Part shown: piece after piece, positions 46,418-59,800 of the stretch
Position numbering within the stretch: position 1 is the stretch's first letter
How the letters are laid out: each line of letters starts with the position of its first letter
Assembly (NCBI GenBank): GCA_019313915.1
Contig: JAFDAJ010000003.1
Coordinates: 13,369-77,368, forward strand
DNA length: 64,000 nt
Direction: 5' to 3'
Source: Deltaproteobacteria bacterium
GTDB taxonomy: Bacteria; Myxococcota_A; Polyangia; Polyangiales; Houyiibacteriaceae
Made by a program: the position numbers and the translations under genes
Notes under the pieces: generated by a model
Told to the model about the DNA's origin: nothing
Seen by the model: only the letters and a program-made list of their open reading frames with translations
The model's database searches: none

Positions 46418-46888
46418 TCAATCCCAGCGGACGTCACTGACTTCGTAAGTGCGAACGCCGCCCGGAGTTTGGACTCGCACCTCATCGCCGACTTCCTTGC
46501 CGACGATAGCGCGCGCCACGGGAGAGGTGATCGAGATCTTGCCCTGCTGGATGTCTGACTCGTCAGCACCGACCAACCGGTATGTAACGATCTTGCCGTT
46601 GTCCATGTCTTCGAGCTCGACGAAGGCGCCGAACTTCACCCTGTCGCCACCGAGCGTCGAAGGATCGATGACGTCCGCGCGCGAGAGCCTGTCTTCGATC
46701 TCCGCGATGCGCGCCTCGCACATTCCCTGCTTGTCTTTGGCAGCGTGGTACTCGGCGTTCTCCTTGAGATCACCGTGATCGCGGGCGATCCCGATCTCCT
46801 GGGAGATCTGCGGCCGCTCCGCTTTGAGCGCGGCGAGCTCGACGGTGAGAGCAGCGTGCCCATCGGGGGTCATCGGAACCCGGTCCAT
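46418..46888 (-). CDS. greA: transcription elongation factor GreA
   Basis: MDRVPMTPDGHAAL..DHGDLKENAEYHAAKDKQ..ISITSPVARA is the typical GreA sequence (156 aa). Confidence 0.9.
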   Translation of the reverse strand: MDRVPMTPDGHAALTVELAALKAERPQISQEIGIARDHGDLKENAEYHAAKDKQGMCEARIAEIEDRLSRADVIDPSTLGGDRVKFGAFVELEDMDNGKIVTYRLVGADESDIQQGKISITSPVARAIVGKEVGDEVRVQTPGGVRTYEVSDVRWD

Positions 46889-46930
46889 CCTACCCTCGTA
46901 AACTGTGCCCGGAAAGTTGGCAACCCAAAG

Positions 46931-50290
<3,360 letters not shown>

Positions 50291-50371
50291 CGAATCAGTT
50301 CAACCTGGACGTTCGCGCGGGCTTACCAGAGCCCCCAGGGACCCGCAACCGGGAACGGCTCACCTCGGAGA

Positions 50372-50839
50372 TCAGCGGCCGAGGGCACCGATGATCGCAT
50401 CACCGCGGGCGCCCTGCGGACGCAATCTAGCCCGTCGGCCGACCTCGGACACGATCTCCAGCTCCACCCACAGAACCGTCCGGCTCGACATCCAGGGAAA
50501 CTTGCGGCCCCACTCGACGAAGAGCACTGCTCCCTCTTCGATCAGCTCATCGACGCCCAGCTCCTCGAGCTCTGCCTCGCCGGCAAGCCTGTAGAAGTCC
50601 GCATGGGCGACCCGAAGGCGTCCTTCGTACTGGTGCACCAGCGCGAACGTCGGACTGGTCACGGCCCTCTCCTCCGTCACCCCGAGCCCATGAACGGCGC
50701 CACGTATGAAGGTCGTCTTACCGGCACCTAGCCCGCCCTCGAGCCCAATCACGTCGCCACCCTCGAGTACGGCCGCAAGGGACCGCGCGAGGGCGAGCGT
50801 ATCGGCTTCGCTCTGCAGCTCGATCTCCAACATGCACAA
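50372..50839 (-). CDS. tsaE: tRNA threonylcarbamoyladenosine biosynthesis ATPase TsaE
   Basis: LEGGLGAGKTTFIRG (P-loop), SPTFALVHQY and HADFYRL are the typical YjeE/TsaE blocks. Confidence 0.85.
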   Translation of the reverse strand: MCMLEIELQSEADTLALARSLAAVLEGGDVIGLEGGLGAGKTTFIRGAVHGLGVTEERAVTSPTFALVHQYEGRLRVAHADFYRLAGEAELEELGVDELIEEGAVLFVEWGRKFPWMSSRTVLWVELEIVSEVGRRARLRPQGARGDAIIGALGR

Positions 50840-50890
50840 GCCCTGTCACATGACAGGGCCCCACGCACGCTCGCCCAACTGAGAACCGGC

Positions 50891-53800
50891 TCAGACCTTG
50901 ATCTGGATACCGAGCTGCTCGCGGAGGCGGAAGTAGCTCTCCGAGATACTGTAGATCACGATCTCCCTGACCTTGTCGCGCGGAGCGAGGTCGGCCGTGG
51001 ACTCGGATGCGATTTGCTGCGTCATGCGAACAGCCGTATCGACGTCGTCGCACAGAAGCAGACCGGCCCGAAGTGCGGTGACCTCTGTCGCCTGCATCCA
51101 TCGCTTGATGTCCGCCCGACCACCTGCATCGACGAACTTGCGAACGACCTGCTTGAGCACGTCGAGGCGCGCCTGGTCCATGTGCTTTGCCAACTGCTTT
51201 GCAGTGGACTCCACGCTGGCGTCGCCGCCTCCCATGCCGACGACGCGCATGGCTGCCAGCAGGAGCGTCCTAAGCTCGGTGTGCGAGCTGTACATCGTGC
51301 GGATGAAGTGCTCGCCGCGATAGTACGTCAGGTGACGTCCGCACACGAACGCGAGGTCGACCGGACGGTAGCCCGACAGCAGCGTGTAGCCGGTGATGAT
51401 CGCCGGTGGGTTACTGCGTGACTCGTCTCGGAGCGCACCCGACAGCTCCTTCTGAATGAAGAGGCGTACCGGGATGGACACGTTGAGCACGTCCTGTGCC
51501 AGCTTGAACTGCCGCGCGAGCGCGAGGCTCGGGTTGGCGAGGTCTTCGGGCTTACGCTTGTGCAGGTTGAGCTTCCTGTCCGTCAGCGCCTGCGATGCTC
51601 GAACCGCCGGGGCAATCACCTCCATGATCTTGGAGATGTAGATGTCCTGGTCAGAGTGCATCAGGTCCTTGACCCAGTTCTCGTTGCTGAGCCGTGTCTT
51701 CGGCTGGATCTCGCGATCCTGCCTGTACTGCTGGTAGAATTTCTGCTGCTCCTCGTCCGCCTTCTGGAAATAGGTCAGCGTCCGCGCGATACACCACGCC
51801 TTGTCGTAGGCGCGCGCGTCGAAGTACAGCTTGTACAGAGCCCGATACGAGTCGAGCCGGTTCGGGTCGGCTGCGAGAAGCCACTGGTGCTCCGCGATGG
51901 CCTCCTCCGTCTTGTCCGGCATCGTCGCGTAGAGCTCTGCAAGAATCTCGTGCTCGACGGCGTTATCCGGCTTGAGCCCAGCGGCCATCTGGAACGACTC
52001 CGCCGCAGCGTCGAAGTTCCGCTGACGGTCGCGATAGATGATCCCGAGCGTGTGCCAGAGGTTGTGCTCGAGGTCCGTGTTGCCCTGGTTGATGATGCGG
52101 TGAAGCATCTTGCGGTACGCCCGCTCGAGCGCCTTCCAATCTTTGCGCTCGTTGAGCAGCTTGTTGACCGCCTCGAAAGGCTTTAGTTGCGTGCTGTCGA
52201 GGTCGAGGGCTTCATTGAACCGCTCGAGGGCCGCATCTTCGTCCTCGAGCTTGTCGCGAAGGACGACGCCGATGGTGTAGGTGTACTTGGCCTTGGCTGC
52301 GTCGCGCTCCTCGAGCCCGCAGACGCGCTCGATGATGTCGATGGCCTCGGACCAGCGCTCCGCAGCTTGGTAGGCCACCAAGAGCTTGTGAAGCACCACG
52401 TGGTTGTCGGGTTCGAGGTCGAGCGACTCGGTGAACGCCTCGGCGGCGGCATCGGAATCCTTGAGTTTCTCGTGCCAGAGATCACCGAGCTCGACCAGAA
52501 GCGCTGCCCGAACCGACGGCTCGTCGGCCACATCGAGGATCCGCTTCTTGTATTGAACCACCGAGTCCCAGTCGCCCTCTGCCGTCTGCAGCGCAACCAT
52601 CGCTTCGAGAGCGGGCACGAAGTGCGTGTCCTCCTCGAGCGACTTGTCGAACATGTTGCGCGCCTTCTTGTCCTCACCCTGCTCCCGCTTGACGACACCA
52701 AGCCGATAGAAGACCTCCGTGATCTCGTCGCGACCGAGCGCATCACGATGTTGGACTAGCAGCAACTGGTGGTACTTGAACGCGTCATCCCATTGCTCCG
52801 CTCGGAAGTAGCTTCCAGCCAAACCCTTGAGCGTGTGCGAATCGTCGTTGTCGAGCTCGTAGGCCCGCTCGTAAGCGCTGACCGCTGCAGCGGCGTGACC
52901 GAGCTTGGTCGCCGTCTCACCCAGCATCGACGCGAGTCGATGTTGCTCGTCGCTGTCGCGTTTGTCCGACCGCTGAACCAAAAGCTGAAGCAGCGGGAAC
53001 GCATCCGCATGCCGGTCATGTGCAACGTACGAATCGACAAGCGGCAACAAGGCCTCCTCGTTGTCCGGATCGGCAGCAGACGCCGCCTCGAAGGCCTGAA
53101 CGGAGCCCGCCTCGTCGTCGAGCCTCTCGGCGCGAATGCGGCCGAGCTCGACGAGACGGGCGCCCCGAATCCGGTCGTTCTCGGTGTGTTCGATCTCGAG
53201 ACCGAGTATGCGAGCAGCCGCCACCCAGTCGCCCGAATCGACGTGTATGCTCCGCATGGCCTCGAGCGACGGCAGATGCGCCGCGTCCAAGTCGATCGCC
53301 GCCTGGAACTGCTCCAACGCCGAGACGCGATCCCCGAGCTCTCGGTCGAGGATACGGCCCATGCGGTGCTTGAGCGCCACCTGATCGGCCGGGTCGTCGA
53401 GGACCACGGCGAGTTGACCCATCATGTCCAGCGCCGCGGAGTAGTCGCCCTTGCGCTCGTACAACTTCGTCAGCGCCTGCAGGCTAAACACATCTTGCTC
53501 GTTGAGATTGAGCGCGTTTAGGTAGCTGTCGATCGCCTGCTCGACGTCGTCTTTGTGCGCGGCATACAGCTGGCCGAGCTCCCGAAAAATGCGAGCCCGT
53601 TCCTCGTTGTCCGAAGTCGCGTTCGCGTGGCGGTCGTAGGTGCGCACCAGGTCGTCCCAGCGCTGCATCGTCCGGTAGAGTTGCTCGAGCTGACACAACG
53701 CTTCGTCGTGCAGCGGGTCGATATCCAAGACCTGCTCCAGACGCTCCGCCGCATTCTCCGGCTTGTGGAACTCCTGCTCCCACATCTGGGCGAGACGCGT

Positions 53801-56800
53801 CAGAATCTCGATTCGCTCGCGCTCGGTCGCGACGATTTCATACTCCCGCTCGAGGATGCCAATCAAATCCTGATAGCGGCCATCCTGAGCGTACAAACGC
53901 TCCAAACCTCGAAGTGCGCTGAGGTCCGACGGCGCTAGCGCGGCCGCCTTCTCGTAATTCTCGACGGCGGCCTTCGGGTCGTTGAAGCGCTCCTCGTAGG
54001 CCTCCGCGACCTGCAGCAGCGCTGACACGACGCTGTCCGTATCCTCGACGGCCTCTGCTTTGCGTTCGAGGATATTCAGCAGCTTGTTGGAGCGGCCGTC
54101 CTCGCGGTAGATGCGTTCCAGGGCTTGCAAGGCACCGACGTGCTTTGCCTGCAGGTGCAATGCCCGGCGGTAATAGTCCTCCGCCTCTTGCCGCATCGCG
54201 AAGCGGTCGTCGGCCAGGTCGCCCATGCGGACGTACGTATCGGCTTTGACCTCGTCATCACTGCTGAGCTCTACGAGCTTTGCGAGCGCCTGGGCGAGCT
54301 TGTCCCACTGCTGGGTGGTTTCGTACAAATCGCCGAGCTGCCACCAAGCCTTGGCGTTGCCTGGGTCGAGCGCTCGAATTTGCTCGTAGTAGGGAATTGC
54401 GTACTCGGGATGTCCGAGATCCTGCCCGTACCACTTCGCGCAGCAGAGGCAGATGGCGATCTGGGTTTCCGGCTCGTGCCCCTCTTGCAACACCTGATTG
54501 GCGGACGTGAGAAGCTCGTTCCACTTGTCGTGCGCCGCGGTCACGCGTTCGAGGTCCACAGCCGTGTTCTTGTTCCCGAAGTCCTCGGTCCAAGCGATGT
54601 AGAGCGTGTGGTACGCCTGCTCGCCGTCTCCCAGCTGCTCCTCGTACACCCTGGCAGCCGCGCGCAAGAGCTCGATGCGCTCGTCACGATCGTCAGTGCT
54701 TTCGATGCGGGTGACGTACAGGTCGATCAGCTCGTCCCATCGCTCCGCCTCTTTGTGCAGTGCCTGCAACTCGGAGAATGCGTACTCGTGCATCGGGTCG
54801 ACATCGAGGATGCGGCCGAATGCGGCCGCGGCGCCGTCCTTGTTACCGACCTCGCTCTCCCACAGCTCGGTAACCGAGACGAGCTGGCGAATCTTCTCCT
54901 GCGGATCCACGAGCGCTTGCGCACGCTGCTCCATGACATCGATCGCGTCCTCCCATGCGTTCTCATCACGATGGATGAGCTCGAGCGAGTCCAGCGCTTC
55001 GAAGAAGGCAGGATCGACGGTCAGAACGTTACGATATGCCTCGACCGCCTCGCCCGGCTGCTGAAGCTCGCTCCCGTAGATGTGCCCTAGCTGCATGTAG
55101 ACCGTGACGAGATCGGCGTCCTCGAGGGTCGCCGCGCCGACGTCGATGATCCGATGCAAGGTATCGGCGCGCTCTCGCGATTGGCCGCCCGCCCGGTGAA
55201 TCTCCGCGATGCTGAACAGGGCGTACGTGTTGCCCGGGTCGATATCGAGCACCCGCTCCCAGTTCTCGATCGCGTTGCGCTCGCGCTCCAGCTTCTCGTA
55301 CCAAACCCTTGCGAGGTCCGAGTACACCTGAATGCAGAAGGTATCGTCGTCGGCAATCGCAGCCTCGCGTTCGAGGACGTCGACGAGGTCGCGCCAGTTG
55401 CCCTGCGACGCGTAGATGTCGCCGAGCGCGTTGAGCGCCTCCGGGTCCTCGCCGCGAAGGTCGAGGACTCGCTGCCACAGGCCGATGGCCTTTTCCGGAT
55501 CCCGGAGCCGGTTCGACGACAGCTTGGCCATCCGCGCGAACACATCGGCCTGTTGCGAGTCACCAAGCGCAATGCTCAGCTCTTTCTCGAAGCTCGCGAA
55601 GAGCTCGGGCCAGCGCTCGAGGTTGGCGTAGATGCCCTGCAGCGCCTGAATCGTCTCGGCGTGCTCGGAGTCGTGATCGTCGAGCAGCTTGGTGAAGACC
55701 TCGACGGCGTCCTCGGTACAACCAAGCCGCTGCTCGAGCACCACGCCGAGGCGGTAGTGGAGGTCGATCAGCTCCGATCCGTTGTTCGAACCTTCGATTC
55801 GCTTTCGAAGCACCTGTGCCAGCGCCCGGTGCGCCCCGTGCTCGGTGTAGATACGATCGAGCGCTTTGAGGGCGTCTTCATCGTGGTCGTCGACACCCAG
55901 CACGAATCGATACGTTTCCTCGGCGCGCTCCAAGTCGTGGAGCTGCTCCTCGTACACCTTGGCAAGACGGCGGCCGAGCTCCGCTTTGCTGAGCGGGTCC
56001 CCGGTGTGCTGAATGCCGTTTGCGTACGTGGTGGCCAGTTGGGTCCAACCGTCGACGATCGCCGAGAGGCGCTCCGCCTCGCCGAGCGAATGGTCGTGGC
56101 TCGGATCTTCGAGCAAAGCCTTCTGCATCCACTGAAACGCGCGACCATGATCATCGGCCTTGTCTTCGGCAATCTCGGCAAGCCTGTGCATCATGACGAC
56201 GCGCTCAATCGGATCGCTCTGATGCTCGACTTGGACCTCCTGCACGCTCAGCAGCTGCCCCCAGTTGCCCTGCATGCGGTAGAGCGGCTCGAGCACTTCA
56301 CCGATCTCCAGCGGCCGCACGCCGCTCGAAAACAGGTCTTCGAGTGCCGAGACCGCCGGCGAGAACTCGGGCGCAGCCGCGAGAATCTCGCGATACTGCG
56401 CGATGGCGGAATCCATATTGCCAAGCTGATTCTGAAACACCTGTCCGGTCCGGAACTGTAGGTTCAGGACGTCCTCGGGCGTGGTCGCAACCGCAGCTTC
56501 CATTTGAAGCGTCGCCGCCAGGTCGTCCCAGCGCTCGGTCTGTTCGTAGAGGCGGTCGAGCGCCTCGATGGCGCTGACATCCGCAGAGTCCACGTCGACG
56601 ACAAACTGGTAGCGCGAAATCGCCGCGTCGACGTCGTCCAGCTGAACCTCATTGATCACCGCCGAGCGCTTGGATAGATGAACGACGTCTTCCGGCGATT
56701 CTTCACGCATTCTCAGCACTTCGGCATCATAACGCGAAGCCGCTTCATGCCAGCTGCCCGTTTGCTCAGCGAGGCGCTCCAGCGATGAGAGCGTGAGCTC

Positions 56801-59800
56801 GTTGTGCGTGTCGAGCGGAAGGGCCCGAACGAAGGCACCGAAGGCCGCAGGCGGATCTTCGAGCTGAATCTCGTAGATCTCCGCCAGCTGCTGGAGCATC
56901 TCTACGCGCTCCGTCGAATCCTCGGTGAAGCGAATCTGCACCTCGCGGACGTCGGTCAGCTTTCGATACTCGCCGGCGGCGAGGTAGACCTGCTCGAGCG
57001 CCTCGGCCGCGGCCAAAGGTTCGACGGCGTCGTTGGTCATCGTGGTTAGCGCGTCGAGCGTCTGCGGATGGCTCGGGGCCTCCCCGAGGATGTCACGGTA
57101 AATCTCGATCGCCTGCGTCGGGTCCTCGAGGTGCCGTCGCCACAGCTCGCCGATGCGGAAGCGAAGCTCGGTGCGCGCGTCTTCTTCGGCTACCAGCTCC
57201 GATTGGCGCTCCAGCACCTGTAGAAGGTCCCGCCACTGCGCGGTGGTTTCGAACAGCCCGTCCAAGTGGCCGAGCGCCGCCAGGTCATCGGGATCGATCT
57301 CGAGAACGCGCTGGTACACGTCGATCGCCTTGTCCGAATCGTCGAGCTGCGCCTCGTACACGCGGCCCATCGCGGTGAAGAGTTCCTTGCGAGCGTCCGG
57401 ATCGGCGACGACCTCGGCTTTGCGCTCGTATGTCTCGAGCAGCGAGGACCACTTGCCGAGTTGTGTCTGCAGTTCGATCAAACGATCGAGTGACTCCAGG
57501 TCGCCCGGATCGATCTCGAGCACCTGTTGGTGAACAGCAATCGCGTCGGAAGGCTTGTCGAGAATGTCCTCGTAGATAGCAGCCGCCTTGACGAGCTGGT
57601 CGCGCTGGTCGGTCGGCGACGGCACCATGCGCGCCTTGCGGCGGTAGATACCGGCTAGGTCTTCGTAGCGCTCGGCCTGCTGGAACAATCGCTCCAAGGC
57701 ATCGGCCGAATGGTGATGCTCTTCGTCGATCTCGAGAACCTTCTGGTAGTGCTCGACGGCACGGTCGAGCTGGCCGAGGTCTTCCTCTCGGATCTCCGCT
57801 GCGCGAAGCAGGAGCGCGATGGCGAGCTGCGGGTCGTCCAGGGACGCCACCGTTTTCTCGTACACGCCGGCGAGCGCGTCGGACGCGCCCACGGCCGCGC
57901 TGATCCGCTCCAGCTCCTCCTTGGACTTCGGGTGGCCCGGATCTTCCCCGAACGCGCGCGCGTAGCTCTCGAAGGCGCCTTGCAGGTCGCTCAGCGAGAA
58001 CTCCTGCAGCTTGGCGATCTCGTTGAACAGAGCGAGGCGCCGCTCGGGCGAGGTCGCATGGTGCGCTTGGATCTCGAAGACGTCGACGAGCCGCGCGGAC
58101 GCCCCACCATCCTTGTAGATGGGTTCGAGAATGTCAGCGACGGCCGCCTGGTGCTCGGGCGACTCCAGCAGGCGCTCGAGAGCGCCCAGCGCAGCCGGAT
58201 TGCTGGCGTCGTTGGCCAGTACATCACGGTAGATTTCAACAGCCGCGTCGGTCGACCCCATTCGCTCTTCGCGAATTTCCGCGAGACGAAGGAGAAGGAG
58301 CGTTTGCTCGTGCGGATCGTCGTGCATCGACAACTGGCGTTCGACGTTGTCGACGAGATCGCTCCACAGTCCCTGCCTAGCGAGCAGATCGTCGAGCGCG
58401 CCCAACGCGCCGAGGTGGGTCGGATCGAGCTCTAGAATCTCGTTCTGCAGCGCGATCGCCTGATCGGCTTCGTCCAAGAGGTCCGAATGCGTTCGAGCCA
58501 TCTCGGCGAGCACGCCGATCTTGTCATCGGGATCCGCATGCGCCTCGACGCAAGCCCGAAGGACGCCAACGAGCTCGTGCCAACGTTGCGCGCCGCGGTA
58601 GAGCGCATCGAGGGCGCCGAGCACCTCGAAGTCCCCGGCATCCACCTCGAGCACTTTGCGGTACGCCGAAACCGCAGCCTCCACGTTCTGAAGCTGTGCT
58701 TCGTGAATCTGCGCGGTCTTGATCCAAAGCGACCGGCTCAGCGAAACGTCTTCCACGTTCGCGGCAAGGTCACCGGTAAGCTCTGCGACGGCCTCGAAAA
58801 GCTCATGCTCGTTTGCCAGCATCTCGAGACGCTGCAACGTGCCAGGGTCCGACGGCATCTCACGGAAGGCCTCGCACAGCGAAACGAAGCCCCGCTCGGT
58901 GTCGCCGATCTGCTGGAAGTACGTGTCCGCAACGCGCGTGAGCAACTGAAGCTTTTGTCGAGGCTCTCTGCTGAATCGGTGCTGAACTCGAAGAGCGTTG
59001 ACGTAGGGACCCCAGTCTTCGCTCATCTCGTAGAGCGGCTCGAGGACCTGCGATGCTTCAGCGGCCACCTCGTCGTCATCGAGCAACTGCTCGAGCTGCG
59101 CCTTTGCGCCATCGTGCTCGGCAATGAGCGACAGCACCTCGCGATATAGATCCACCGCGCGCGACTTGTCCTGCAGCTGCGATTCGCAAACGCGGCCCAA
59201 TCGGAACTTGAGCGCAGCGAGCTCTTCGTGGCTCTCTGGGTTGGCCTCGATGCGTCGCTCGAGAAGCTGCCCGAGCTCCTGCCAGCGCGACTCATTTTCG
59301 TAAAGCTGCTCCAGGTCGCGGCAGGCGTCGACCTGCTCGACCCCGTACTCGTCGATGATGCCCTCGAACGCTTCGATGGCCTTATCGGTGTCGTTCAGCG
59401 CTTCGGCGAAGAGCTGAGCGCGTCGATACGCGATCTCGAGGCGGACTTCCGGGTCCTGCTCCAGCTCGATCCGCCGGGCGTAGACGTCTAGCAGCTCTCG
59501 GAATCGCTCCGTTCGGGAGTACAGGTCGCCGAGCGCGCTGATCGCGGCCAGGTTGTCGCTTTCGAGCTCGTAGACGAGCCGGAACTGATCGATTGCGTCA
59601 TCGATTCGATCGAGCTGGGCCAACGTCTGGCCGTAACTCAGGCGAATCGGGACAGCCTGATGTGGATCGGCAACCGCTGCGATCGCCGACTCGAAGCCGG
59701 ACACCAATCGGTCCCAGCCGTTCATCTCTTCGGCCAGTCGCTCGACGTCCGCGCGAGCCTCGTCGTGCGTCGGCGCCAGCGAGAATGCCTCCAGGTAGCG

